Source: Vulcanimicrobiota bacterium
GTDB lineage: Bacteria; Vulcanimicrobiota; Vulcanimicrobiia; Vulcanimicrobiales; Vulcanimicrobiaceae
Direction: 5' to 3'
DNA length: 64,000 nucleotides
NCBI GenBank assembly: GCA_963833095.1
Contig: CAWHWQ010000001.1
Location: forward strand, 160,001 to 224,000
Within the stretch, counting starts at the first letter, position 1. Each line of letters begins with the position of its first letter. Below, in pieces: positions 10,219 to 20,196 of the stretch. The notes under the pieces are model-generated. The model saw only the letters and a program-made list of their open reading frames with translations, did no database searches and had not been told where the DNA came from. The position numbers and the translations under genes were made by a program.

Positions 10219-11088
10219 CTAGCTGGCTTGCGCGGGCGAGTGAATAGTCCGCCTCGCCGAGCGCGATCTCGTCGTCGCTCAGAAATGCGCGCCGCGCTTC
10301 GCGCAATTGGGTGGAATCTTGGCGTCGATCGTGCCGGCGTCGGTCTCGACGATGACGCCGCCGCGGTCGACGCGTTGATCTTCGACGACGCGCAGATGTT
10401 CGACGTCGTTCGCCGCGACGATCTCATCGCGATGCTCGCGGATCGTATCCAGATCGCCGGGATTGACCCGCAGCGTCACGACTTCGCGGCCGACTAGGCG
10501 GGTCAGCGCCTGGCGTACGTTTTCGACGACGACGTTCGGGTTCGAACGAGTTCGTTCGTGCACGATGCGCTCGGCGATCGCCATCGCAAGTCGCGTGAGT
10601 TCGGGTTCGGCTGACGGTCATAACCGCGCTGCGCTGCGCGCGAATGCTTTCGATGAGCTCTGCGAGGCGTCGAAATCACCGGCTGCCAGCTCCGCTTCGG
10701 CGGCGCTCTTTCCGGCGCTGGAGCCTTCCTCGTGTCCGCTCGCGCGAGCGTCTTCTTCCATTTGCGCGATGCGCATCGCAGCCGCAGCCATAAGGTCGAG
10801 TGCGTTGGCATCGCTTGGCAGGATCAGACTCTCGGCGTCGCTTGCCGCGTGATCGATGATCGCCGCGTGCGTCGGCGCGCAGCTTTTCCCAATCGACGCT
10901 GGGCTCGGCCTGCGGAAGCGTAATACGCTCCGTGTGTCCGTTGGAAGACGGCGTTACAAACGGCGCGGCGAACCGGTCGTCCGGCTCGCCAGGTGTTTGC
11001 GCTTGCGCTTCGGCGACAAAGTCAACGTGCGGAACTTCGACGACGTAAGCGGCGTCGGAGAAGCGCGCCGCTTTACTATTTTACCCAT
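10219..11088 (-). CDS. fliH: Flagellar assembly protein FliH (frameshifted; ends approximate)
   Basis: MAIAERIV..VTLRVNPGD..VEDQRVDRGGVIVETDAGTIDAKI, between fliG and fliI. Confidence 0.85.
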
Positions 11089-11105
11089 CCGTACTCCGCA
11101 CGGAC

Positions 11106-11177
11106 GGGTCCCCAAGAGGTTTAACCGGCGCTCCGCTGCGCTGCGCGCCCCCCGACGGCAGAGCCGTCGGGGACCCC
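11106..11177. repeat. Repeat family A copy (REP/MITE-like, about 70 bp)
   Basis: GGGTCCCC...GGCGCTCCGCTGCGCTGCGCGCCCCCC-hairpin-GGGGACCCC; similar to 53174-53241 and 12277-12321. Confidence 0.7.
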
Positions 11178-11187
11178 CCGACCGTCA

Positions 11188-12271
11188 TCAGACAAGGCGC
11201 TCGTCCTTTGCTCCGCGAGCGATGACGATCTGGCCGTTCTCTTCGAGCGTGCGGATGACGTCGACGATCTGCTGCTGCGCCTTGCCGACTTCGCGCATGC
11301 GCGTCGGGCCGAGCAACTCGATTTCTTCTTTGAGCATCGGCGACGCGCGCGTCGACATGTTCTTGTAGACGCGCGCGAGCAGCTCTTCGTTGGCGACCTT
11401 GAGCGCGAGCGCAAGATCCTTGCCATCGACTTCCTTGAGGATGCGCTGGATCGAGCGGTCGTCGAGGTTGATGATGTCTTCGAAGACGAAGAGCAGGTTC
11501 TTGACTTCCTGCGCGAGCTCGGGATCGCGCTTGGCGAGACCGTCGAGAATGTTTTTCTCGGTTTCGCGGTCGACGAAGTTCATCACGTTGGCCAGCGACT
11601 GCACGCCGCCGGCCTTGGCGAAGTCGGCGCCGCTGACGAGCAGTCGGCGGCCGAGCAGCTCGTCGAGCTGCTCGAGCACTTCCGGCGCGGTCTTCTGCAA
11701 AATCGCGATGCGCATCGCGACTTCGGCTTGCAGATCCGGCGGGAGCGCCGAAAGCACGGCGCCCGCTTGTTCGGGCTGCATGTAGACGAGGATCAGCGCG
11801 ATCGTCTGCGGATGTTCGTCTTGAATGAACTGCAGTAGCTGCGCGGGTTCGGTCTTCTTGATGAGCTCGAGCGGATTGCCGTGCTTGAGCGCGGCAAACA
11901 GCCGCGATCGTCATGTCGTCGGCTTGGCCGGCGCCGAAGCTGCGCTCGAGAATCTCCTTGGCGTACTCGATGCCGCCTTCGTTGATGTACTTGAGCGCGA
12001 TCGCGCGCTGGTAGGCTTCTTGGATGACGGCGTCGCGCTTCTCGATCGGAACGGTCGTGATCTTGGCGATCTCGAGAACGATCCGCTCGACTTCGTCTTG
12101 CCGCAAGAACTTGAAGATCGTCGCCGAGAGCTCGAGCCCCAGCGTGATCAAAAGAATCGCGGCCTTTTCCGGCCCCGAAATCTCGATCTGCGGATTTTCG
12201 GGCAGACCGGTGAGCGGCGGCGGCTCCGGCAGCCCGCCCATGCCCGAGAGATTGACGATCGGTGATTCCAT
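11188..12271 (-). CDS. fliG: Flagellar motor switch protein FliG (frameshifted)
   Basis: SGPEKAAILLITLG, GGIEYAKEIL, EHPQTIALIL, LFVFEDIINLDDRSIQ, NMSTRA. Confidence 0.95.
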
Positions 12272-12276
12272 TAGCA

Positions 12277-12321
12277 AGGTGCTCCGGCCGAGCCTACGCA
12301 CCCCCCGCTAAGCGGGGCCCC
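12277..12321. repeat. Partial repeat family A copy
   Basis: GGTGCTCCG..CGCACCCCCCGCTAAGCGGGGCCCC. Confidence 0.5.
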
Positions 12322-12416
12322 CGTACCAAGGCGCGCGACAGATCGCATGTATGCAACAGTCTCCCCCAGGGCGCGCCCAAACAACATTACGTCGACAGCG
12401 TTCATTTCACGGGACC

Positions 12417-14093
12417 TCATTCCGCCAGCCACAGTTTGACGAGTTTGGCGATGCTGTCGGGGTTCTCTTGAGCGACGGTGGTAACGTATTCGATCATCTG
12501 TTCGCGAGTCAGATCGGCAGCGGATCGTATCGGTGCGGCGATGCCCGGCGCACCTTCGAGGATCGGATGCTCTTCGAATGGGGGCAGCTCTTCGGCAAGC
12601 GAGGTGTCGAAGGACGGCAGTTCGGTGGCCGGCGCGAAGCGTCCGCGACGCGAACGCGTTACCAAGAGGCCGCCGATTGCGAGCGCGGCTGCGAGACCGA
12701 CGGCGATAAGTGCCCAAAGTGGCATGCCGAGGACGGTCGTCGTTGCGGACGACGGCGCACCGACGTTTTCAACCGACGGATTGAACGGAATGGCTTCGAC
12801 CGACACTTGATCGCCCTGCGCGACGTTAAGGCCGGCAGCGGCAATGACGGCGTTGCGAATCTGTTGCACGTTTGCCGGCGTCAATTGGTAGGTCTGCGCG
12901 GCGGCGAGAGCGGGCGTGCCGTTTGCGTTTGCAGCTTGCGCCGAGGCGTCGACCAGCACCGCGACGCTGGTTTGCAAAACTTTGCCCGGCGCGTCGATGT
13001 GCTTGATGTTCTGCTCGGTGATGTCGTAGTTGGTCGTCGACTTCGAGCGATTGTAGCGCCCGTTAGCTTGTTGATTGGCGGCCTGATAGGTGCCGATGTT
13101 GCTCGTCGTTCCCGGGACGCCGACCGCCGGGTTACGAACCGGCTGCGTCCCGACATACGATTCGCGCTCGGATTGCGCGGAGAGCACGGTGCCTTGCGGC
13201 GCGTACACTTTGCTGTCGGTCGAGTTAGCGTCGAAATTCATCTTGGTCGAAACGCGAGCGACCGCGCGCTTGGGACCCAGTGTCGAATCGAGCATCGACT
13301 GGATGCTGGTTTGCAGCGCCGACTCGTAGCGCTCCTTAGCGAGCAGTTGCTCTTGCGTCATCTGCAATGCGCTGGCCGAACCGTCCCCCGAACCCGAGCC
13401 CGTTGGTCCCGCGCCGGGCAAGAGAATTTGCCCGTCTTGATTGACGATCGTAACGTCTTGAGGCTTGAGCCCGTCCACCGCGCTGGCGACGAGCATCGTG
13501 ATGCCTTTGACTTGGCCGGCATCGAGGCTTTGGCCAGGCTTGGTCTTGATCGCGATCGAGGCCGTTGTAGGTTCCTGCGTTGCCGTGTAGAGCGCCTGGT
13601 CCGGCGCGGCGATGTTCACGCGCGAGGACTCTACCGGATCCAGGCCATCGATCGTGCGCTCGAGTTCTCCCTCGACGGCGCGCGTCTTATCGAGCTTCTC
13701 CTGGAACTCGGTCATCCCGAAGTTGGTCCGGTCAAACAGCTCGTAACCGGTGGACCCGCCTTTGATGAGACCTCCGCCGGCGATCGCGACCCGCTCGTCG
13801 CTGACGCTGGCGTCCGGAACGTAGACCGTTTTGCCGTCGGCAGAAAGATGATAAGGAACTTTATCATCTTTTAAATGTTGTGTAACGGCAGCGGCGTCGT
13901 CGGCCGAAAGGTTCGAAAACAGGGTCTCGTAGTGCTGACCCCGACCGAGGTAGAGCCACGAAAGTGCGAGCAAGCCGATGACGACCGCGGCGATACCGGT
14001 GACGGCAATCGTGCGTGTCTGGCGGTTCTGATTCTGCCAAATAGCCGTTAAACGGCCGGCAAGGTCGGACCAAAGCGAGCTAAGACGGTCCAC
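12417..14093 (-). CDS. fliF: Flagellar M-ring protein FliF
   Basis: LFSNLSADDAAAV, GYELFDRTNFGMTEFQ, RAVEGELERTI; two transmembrane segments; C-terminal AKLVKLWL. Confidence 0.96.
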   Translation of the reverse strand: MDRLSSLWSDLAGRLTAIWQNQNRQTRTIAVTGIAAVVIGLLALSWLYLGRGQHYETLFSNLSADDAAAVTQHLKDDKVPYHLSADGKTVYVPDASVSDERVAIAGGGLIKGGSTGYELFDRTNFGMTEFQEKLDKTRAVEGELERTIDGLDPVESSRVNIAAPDQALYTATQEPTTASIAIKTKPGQSLDAGQVKGITMLVASAVDGLKPQDVTIVNQDGQILLPGAGPTGSGSGDGSASALQMTQEQLLAKERYESALQTSIQSMLDSTLGPKRAVARVSTKMNFDANSTDSKVYAPQGTVLSAQSERESYVGTQPVRNPAVGVPGTTSNIGTYQAANQQANGRYNRSKSTTNYDITEQNIKHIDAPGKVLQTSVAVLVDASAQAANANGTPALAAAQTYQLTPANVQQIRNAVIAAAGLNVAQGDQVSVEAIPFNPSVENVGAPSSATTTVLGMPLWALIAVGLAAALAIGGLLVTRSRRGRFAPATELPSFDTSLAEELPPFEEHPILEGAPGIAAPIRSAADLTREQMIEYVTTVAQENPDSIAKLVKLWLAE

Positions 14094-14196
14094 GCCTATA
14101 TGTACCTAATTCTCCGAGCCAACCGTGGCATGCAACACCGAGCCTCCGTGTTCGGTGCGGGAGAAGCCCAACTCGAACGTCAGGCTACTATCTCGT

Positions 14197-14223
14197 GTAT
14201 CGGTCACGGTGCTATCGCCTTTA
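14197..14223 (-). promoter_or_regulatory. Sigma-28-like promoter upstream of fliF
   Basis: Minus strand TAAA-N15-ACCGATAC. Confidence 0.65.
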
Positions 14224-14227
14224 GCAC

Positions 14228-15481
14228 TTACCGGGCCAGTTCGTTTCGTTCTCGTCCGACCGAGATTAATTCGACCGGGGTCGCTAGTACCTCTTCTATA
14301 CGGGCGATGTAGCGCCGGGCTGCTTGCGGCAACGCCGCCTTGGCGCGAATGTGCCCGATCGGCTCGCTCCAGCCATCGAGTTCCTCGACGACAACCTCGA
14401 GATCCGGGGATCCGGCAGCCGAGAACTCGGCTGCTTGCCCGCGCAACCGATAGCCTGTCACGATCCCCACGCGCTCGAATCCGCAGAGCACGTCGAGTTT
14501 TGTAAGGGCTAACGCCTGCAAACCATTAAGCCGAACCGCATACCGTCCCGCGACCGCATCGAACCAGCCACACCGCCGTGGGCGCCCCGTCACGGTGCCG
14601 AATTCGCCTCCCGCTTGGCGCAAGCGTTCCCCCCGCTCGTCCGGTAACTCGGACGGAAATGGGCCGGCACCCACTCGCGTGCAGTAGGCTTTGACCACCC
14701 CGATCACGCGGTCGATCGCCCCGGGGCCGATGCCGAGGCCAATGCACGCGCCGCCGGCAATGGTGTGCGAACTGGTAACGTACGGATACGTCCCATACCC
14801 CACATCTAACAGCGAACCTTGCGCGCCTTCGATTAACACTCGCTTATCGCGCTCGAACTTTTCGTGAATGTACGCAACGCCGTCCACGATGTGCGGCGCG
14901 AGCCGTTCGGCCGCGTCGAGCGTGGCTCCAACTAGGTCCGCTTCGCTCGGAACGTTCTCGCCCTCGAGCAACGCGGCGCGGTGGAGCAGATTCAAGCGAA
15001 TTTTCTCGGCGAGCGACTCTCGTCGCGCAAACTCACCGAAGGTAATGCCGCTGCGCGCGGCTTTGTCCACATAGGCGGGGCCAATACCGCGGCCGGTCGT
15101 TCCAATCGCGCCGGCTCCTCGGGCCCGTTCGCTCGCGCGATCTTGCGCGGCATGGTACGGCAGCACCAGGTGCGCGCGATCGGAGATCTTGACACGCGAG
15201 ATGTCGACGCCGATCGCGGCTAATCGGTCGAGCTCCTCCAGCAGGCCGGTCGGATTGATGACCGTGCCGCCACCGACAAAGAGCTCGACGTGCGGATTGA
15301 GTACGCCGGAAGGCACGATGCGCAGCGCGATGTCAACGTCGCCGACCTTGATCTGGTGACCGGCATTGTCGCCGCCGCCGAAGCGCGCAACCACGTCGTA
15401 GTTCTGCGCGTACAAATCGACGACGCGCCCTTTTCCTTCGTCACCCCACTGGATGCCTACGATGATATCTGCTTTGGTCAT
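14228..15481 (-). CDS. purA: Adenylosuccinate synthetase
   Basis: QWGDEGKG, GGDNAGH, IGTTGRGIGPAY, EGAQG, GTYPYVTSS, TVTGRPRRCGWFD. Confidence 0.98.
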   Translation of the reverse strand: MTKADIIVGIQWGDEGKGRVVDLYAQNYDVVARFGGGDNAGHQIKVGDVDIALRIVPSGVLNPHVELFVGGGTVINPTGLLEELDRLAAIGVDISRVKISDRAHLVLPYHAAQDRASERARGAGAIGTTGRGIGPAYVDKAARSGITFGEFARRESLAEKIRLNLLHRAALLEGENVPSEADLVGATLDAAERLAPHIVDGVAYIHEKFERDKRVLIEGAQGSLLDVGYGTYPYVTSSHTIAGGACIGLGIGPGAIDRVIGVVKAYCTRVGAGPFPSELPDERGERLRQAGGEFGTVTGRPRRCGWFDAVAGRYAVRLNGLQALALTKLDVLCGFERVGIVTGYRLRGQAAEFSAAGSPDLEVVVEELDGWSEPIGHIRAKAALPQAARRYIARIEEVLATPVELISVGRERNELAR

Positions 15482-15489
15482 CTCTGCTT

Positions 15490-15632
15490 TCGTGATTTGT
15501 CATTTGCTCCTGAGGGAGCCACTCCTCGCAACCACATCGTGTGGTTGCTCCTGTTGCACTTCTCCGCGCTCTCGCCATCCTGGCTGCGCGCCTCGTACGT
15601 AGCCTCCCCACGGAACAGGTGACAAATCACGA
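15490..15632. repeat. Repeat family B: 143-bp long-hairpin (MITE-like) element in the purA leader
   Basis: 13-bp perfect terminal inverted repeat TCGTGATTTGTCA/TGACAAATCACGA, extending imperfectly; inner hairpins GCAACCACATCGTGTGGTTGC and GCCATCCTGGC. Confidence 0.7.
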
Positions 15633-15681
15633 CGCTAGAGATTGCGACGCGATGTCATCTGCGGGGGGAATTGGATGGGTT

Positions 15682-17007
15682 CTATTCAGACCTGAATTCT
15701 AAGTCGCTTGTGTCACCCATCGGGATTTCGCGCGCGCCTTGGAACTGCGTCATAACGAACTCCGAGAACAGGGCATTGGGCCATCCGAAGTCTTCGCGCG
15801 TGAAGCGCTTGGGATCGTCGGGATCGAACGATTCGTGCAGCAGGTGATCGCCGGGATCGCTCGCGAGCAATTGCGTCAGGACGTCCTGCTTTTCCACGCT
15901 GGTCGTTGCGGTGAGACCCTCCATGATCAGCGCGAGCGGCCAGATCCAATGGTCGGGTGTATGGAAGCTGCCGATACCGCGCGCAACTTGCCCCTGATAG
16001 AACGACGGGTTGTCGGCGGAAAGCAAGAAGTGGCGCGTGTTCTCGTAGTAGCGGTCGTTGGGCGTCGTATAACCGATGTAGGGCGCCGAGAGCAGACTCG
16101 GAACGTTGGCGTCGTCAGTAAGGATCGCGTGACCCAGTCCGTCGACCTCGTAGGCGTAGATGTAGCCGTATTTCGGCACCAGCACCAATCCATAGGTTTG
16201 GATGCCGCGCTGTACTTCATCCCGCAGCGAGGTCGCTTCGTTGGCCTTAACCACATTGTGATAGACCGTGCGCTCGATCTCAGCCATGTCGCCGAGCGCG
16301 ACCACCGCGAACATTTCCGACGGGATCAGGAAGTTGTAGTAGCACGCGTCGTCCGATGGGCGGAATCCCGTCCAAATCATGCCCGTGTAGCCGACGGCAC
16401 GACCCTTGCCGTCCTCGGCGAGTTCCTTATGCGTATAACGCGAGTCGCGCGGATGATCTTGTTCGCGCTGCATCGTCGCCAGAACCGCGTCCAGCGCTTT
16501 TTGGTAGTCGGGCGTGAAAATCGATGCGTCACCGGTGGTCTTCCAATAGCTCCACGAAAGCGCGATCGGATAGGCAAGGGAATCGAGTTCGAACTTCTGC
16601 TCCCACACGCGGTAGTCGAGCGTGAACGCATTGGCGTAGGGATCGACTTGCAGGTACTTCACCATGCGCGCGATGATCGCGCGCAAGAGCGAACGCGTAT
16701 CGGGATCGTCTTTGGCGAAGAACAGATACGGACGCGCTTGGGCGCTGGCGTCGCGTAGCCACTCAGCCGGAATGTCGCCGGTCTTGATGTACGCGGTGCC
16801 GTCGGGCGCGTACTCGGCGAGCTTGCCCGTGTCGAGTAAAGCCGCCCGGAACATCTCGGCCAGGTGGGCGTTGGGGTTATTGTAGTCGGCCGCGGCGCGC
16901 GCAATCGACTGCAGCTCGAGCGAATTGGCGCGCAACGGAAACACTCCGGCGAGGAGCGCCACAATCAGCGCGCACACGCGCGTCCCGCGGGTCCAAGTCT
17001 TAATCAC
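15682..17007 (-). CDS. Glycoside hydrolase family 125 (exo-alpha-mannosidase-like), with signal peptide
   Basis: KTGDIPAEWLRDAS, DPYANAF, KFELDSL, FRPSDDAC, AYEVDG, DDANVPSLL, LHESF, FTREDFGWPN. Confidence 0.92.
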   Translation of the reverse strand: MIKTWTRGTRVCALIVALLAGVFPLRANSLELQSIARAAADYNNPNAHLAEMFRAALLDTGKLAEYAPDGTAYIKTGDIPAEWLRDASAQARPYLFFAKDDPDTRSLLRAIIARMVKYLQVDPYANAFTLDYRVWEQKFELDSLAYPIALSWSYWKTTGDASIFTPDYQKALDAVLATMQREQDHPRDSRYTHKELAEDGKGRAVGYTGMIWTGFRPSDDACYYNFLIPSEMFAVVALGDMAEIERTVYHNVVKANEATSLRDEVQRGIQTYGLVLVPKYGYIYAYEVDGLGHAILTDDANVPSLLSAPYIGYTTPNDRYYENTRHFLLSADNPSFYQGQVARGIGSFHTPDHWIWPLALIMEGLTATTSVEKQDVLTQLLASDPGDHLLHESFDPDDPKRFTREDFGWPNALFSEFVMTQFQGAREIPMGDTSDLEFRSE

Positions 17008-17513
17008 GGCCACGCTCCATGAGCATACAATCCTTGCAATTCCCGGTAGCGACCGCAATAGTCGAGCCCGTAGCCCACGACATAGACGTCGGGGATTTCA
17101 AAACCGCGGTACTTGACCTCAATATCGGCAATTCTGCGCGCCGGACGATCCAGCAGGGTGCAGACCGCCAACGAGGCAGGCGAGCGGGCGGAAAGCGACT
17201 TGAAAACATATTGGAGAGTCATACCCGTATCGATGGTGTCGTCGACTAGGATAACGTCCCGCCCCTCAATGGAGGCTGAGGTGTCCTTGAGGAACCGGAT
17301 GCCCTCGGCGCTGCTGAACTTGGTGACGGCGATCGCATCGTACTCGCACGGGATCGTGACGGCCCGTGTCAGATCGGCCAAAAAGGTCGCAGCCGCGTTG
17401 AGGACGCCGATCAGCACGGGGATACGTCCCTCGTAATCTCGCGAGATCTGGGCGCCCAGCTCCGCGACGCGAGCGGCGATCGCCCGGGCGTCAAAGAGCA
17501 CCTCGCCGATCAT
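17004..17513 (-). CDS. hpt: Hypoxanthine phosphoribosyltransferase
   Basis: VILVDDTIDTGMTL PRPP motif and VVGYGLDY..YREL. Confidence 0.9.
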   Translation of the reverse strand: MIGEVLFDARAIAARVAELGAQISRDYEGRIPVLIGVLNAAATFLADLTRAVTIPCEYDAIAVTKFSSAEGIRFLKDTSASIEGRDVILVDDTIDTGMTLQYVFKSLSARSPASLAVCTLLDRPARRIADIEVKYRGFEIPDVYVVGYGLDYCGRYRELQGLYAHGAWP

Positions 17514-17839
17514 GCGGCAGGCCGAAGGCGCGCGAAGAGCCGCTCGATGTCACGTCGCGTAAACAGTTTGACGCGCACGCGAGGATGATGCTGCGCCATC
17601 AAACGCAGCTTGCGGTTCTTGCGCGTATTCAACGCGGGCTTGGCCACGGTCATCTCGATATACAGGTCGTAATCCGGCAGATAGAAATCGGGCGTAAAAA
17701 AAGCGACAGGTCTGCCGCTGGGGTCCCAAAAGATCGGGAACGAACGAGGTTCGTATTCCCAGACGATTCGATAGAAGTCGAAGAGCCGGGCGAGAGCCGA
17801 TTCGCTCTCGTGCGCAAAAACAATCCGCGACGCCGCCAC
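17510..17839 (-). CDS. Small PD-(D/E)XK-like fold protein, translationally coupled to hpt
   Basis: FAHESE..WEYEP..FTPDFYLPDYDLYIEMT; the Lys of the E-x-K motif is replaced by Thr. Confidence 0.7.
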   Translation of the reverse strand: MAASRIVFAHESESALARLFDFYRIVWEYEPRSFPIFWDPSGRPVAFFTPDFYLPDYDLYIEMTVAKPALNTRKNRKLRLMAQHHPRVRVKLFTRRDIERLFARLRPAA

Positions 17840-17849
17840 GGAAGACGTT

Positions 17850-19001
17850 CTACGACATGCTCGGCCGAAATTCCGCCTTTGCGCCGGGCAAACGAATCAC
17901 AAATCGCGCCCCTCCCAGCGGAGAGTCGGCAATGCTTACGTTGCCGGCCGCGCGTTGCACGATCGTACGAACGATGGCAAGGCCAATTCCGCAGCCGCGT
18001 GCCGCGTCGCTCGCGCCGCCTCGCGCGCGATGCTCGAAGACAAGCTCGCGCTCGGAGGGTGCGACGCCGGGTCCATCATCGTCCACGATCGCGTGAACAA
18101 ACGGATCCTGGCGTTCCACCGTGACGATAATCCGTCCGCCGGGTCCGGCGTACTTGATGGCATTCTCGATCACGTTGAGCAGCACGTGCATGCACGCGTC
18201 ACCGCCGATCCGCGCGACGACGTCGCCATCATGCGCGACGCGCAGGCACATCCCCGCTTCTCGCGCGATCGGATCGAGCGCATCGATCGCGGCCTGGGCA
18301 GCGGCCACAAGATCGGTGACGCCCGCTACCGGTTGCGGGGAGAGATCCAGAAGCGAAAAGTCGAGCATGCCGTCCACCAGGCGCCCGAGTCGCAGCGCTT
18401 CGTTGCGCGCGACCTCGAGAAACCGGCGCGCCGTAACGACGTCGAGATCGTCGTCGTCAAGCAAGGTTTCGATGTAGCCGCGTATCGACGTGAGCGGCGT
18501 TCGTAGCTCGTGGCCGACCGTTGCAAGAAATTCGTACCGTTCGCGCTCGCGCGCGCCGCGTTCCAGGGCTCGCTCGATTGTCGATTCGAAGGCTTCAACG
18601 TCACCGGGTGTGGAGATCGGCCACCAGCCGGTCTCCATCCGCTTTCCGGTCACGAGCGACATCGTAGCCGCAATCCGCTCGAGCGCCGAACGCGCATCAA
18701 GCGTCAGCGCAGTGGCTGGATCCCGCGCGGGCGCGAGCATCGCGATGACAAACCAGTCGCTACCCGGTTCGTGAGCTAGCCGGTCACCCTCGCGCACAAT
18801 GCGCTCGGCCGCACGGGCAAATGCTTCAACGGTTTCACGTTCCAATCGCCGCGCCGCGCGCCTCCCGTCACGCCAGGCGAGACGCGCTACCTCGGGCAAA
18901 CGCAGAACCAAGAGCGGGACCTCTCGATTCTGCGCGAGCACCTCCAAAATCCGCGGTTCGAGCTGCGCAAGCGCGTAGATTCGACGTCCGCGAACGTTCA
19001 T
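17850..19001 (-). CDS. Cytoplasmic sensor histidine kinase
   Basis: HELRTPLTSI H-box, NVIENAIKY, DDGPG, GIGLAI; no obvious transmembrane segment. Confidence 0.92.
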   Translation of the reverse strand: MNVRGRRIYALAQLEPRILEVLAQNREVPLLVLRLPEVARLAWRDGRRAARRLERETVEAFARAAERIVREGDRLAHEPGSDWFVIAMLAPARDPATALTLDARSALERIAATMSLVTGKRMETGWWPISTPGDVEAFESTIERALERGARERERYEFLATVGHELRTPLTSIRGYIETLLDDDDLDVVTARRFLEVARNEALRLGRLVDGMLDFSLLDLSPQPVAGVTDLVAAAQAAIDALDPIAREAGMCLRVAHDGDVVARIGGDACMHVLLNVIENAIKYAGPGGRIIVTVERQDPFVHAIVDDDGPGVAPSERELVFEHRARGGASDAARGCGIGLAIVRTIVQRAAGNVSIADSPLGGARFVIRLPGAKAEFRPSMS

Positions 19002-19687
19002 ACCCGAACGAATTTGTATCCGTACCCGTGGATGGTTTGGACGATCGGGGGCATCCCGGCATCCTCCTCGATCTTGGCGCGCAAGCGGCGCACGTGGACG
19101 TCGACGGTACGCTCGTCGCCGTCGAAGTCGAAACCCCAGACGCGCTCGAGTAACCGTTCGCGCGACAGTGCGACACCGGCGTTGGCCGCGAGTTCGAGCA
19201 GGAGGGCAAACTCGCGCGGTTTGAGCCGGACGTCGACCCCGTCGACGCGCGCCTCGCGCGCGGCTTCGTCGATCTCTAACCGCCCGAAGCGCAGGCTTGC
19301 CGGCGCCGCATCGAAGGTCCGCCCCGCCCGGCGCAAGACCGCGCGCACGCGCGCAACGACCTCGCGCGGAGAAAACGGCTTGCAGATGTAGTCGTCGGCG
19401 CCCAGTTCGAATCCGACGACGCGATCGATCTCATCGATGCGCGCAGTTAGCATCACGATGGGTACGGGTCGCTCCTCGCGTCGAAGGGTCCGCACCACGT
19501 CAAAGCCGTCGACACCCGGCAAGCCAATATCCAGAATGACCAAATCGGCAGCATGACGCGCGCTGCGAAGTGCCGCCTGGCCGTCGCTTACAGCGACGAC
19601 GCTGAAGCCCTCGCGTTCCAAATGATGCGCGAGGAGCTCGCGGATCGCACTGTCGTCCTCAGCGACGACAATCGTGGGGGCGGCCAT
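18998..19687 (-). CDS. OmpR/PhoB-family response regulator
   Basis: LVILDIGLPG, GADDYICKPF, RTVDVHVRRLRAK, GYGYKF. Confidence 0.95.
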   Translation of the reverse strand: MAAPTIVVAEDDSAIRELLAHHLEREGFSVVAVSDGQAALRSARHAADLVILDIGLPGVDGFDVVRTLRREERPVPIVMLTARIDEIDRVVGFELGADDYICKPFSPREVVARVRAVLRRAGRTFDAAPASLRFGRLEIDEAAREARVDGVDVRLKPREFALLLELAANAGVALSRERLLERVWGFDFDGDERTVDVHVRRLRAKIEEDAGMPPIVQTIHGYGYKFVRV

Positions 19688-19713
19688 ATGTTGACCAGTG
19701 CCCGCTGGGTTGT

Positions 19714-20196
19714 CTAGAGGGACAGGATCTCCGAGAGCGCTGTGTCGTTTGCAGCCCTTTCACGCAGCACCGCATAAATTGTGGATGCTGCAAAGCCCAA
19801 ACGCTCGAGGCGACGCGCAGCGGCGGGGTAGCTTGGCGCCGCGCTGCGAAGGAGCGCATCGAACGCACGTATGCAGCGCGAACGCTCGCCTTCATCGAGC
19901 GCATCGACGGCGGCCTGCGCCTCGTCGCGGCCGATACCCTTGCGGATTAGGTCGCCGACCAGGCGCATATCGCCCAGCGCCTTGCGCGTGCGCTCAACGT
20001 AGAGTTGCGCAAAGAGACGATCGTCGAGAAAGCGCTCGGCCTTGCAACGAGCGACGACACCAGTAATGGTGTCGTCGTCGAAGCCTTTGCGCTCGAGGCG
20101 CTCCCAGAGCTGCGCCTGCGTCAACCGCCTCCGTGCCAACATCCCCAGAGCGCACGCATAGGCGGTTCGTTCAGCCGCATCGTGCGGCTTGCTCAT
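19714..20196 (-). CDS. recX: Regulatory protein RecX
   Basis: Overlaps the recA stop; [34 protein letters not shown]. Confidence 0.88.
   Translation of the reverse strand: MSKPHDAAERTAYACALGMLARRRLTQAQLWERLERKGFDDDTITGVVARCKAERFLDDRLFAQLYVERTRKALGDMRLVGDLIRKGIGRDEAQAAVDALDEGERSRCIRAFDALLRSAAPSYPAAARRLERLGFAASTIYAVLRERAANDTALSEILSL

Noticed and set aside
12351..13874. Long antisense ORFs (also 24077-25528, 42883-44481, 57889-58854)
   Set aside because: Shadow frames of real genes in high-GC DNA.
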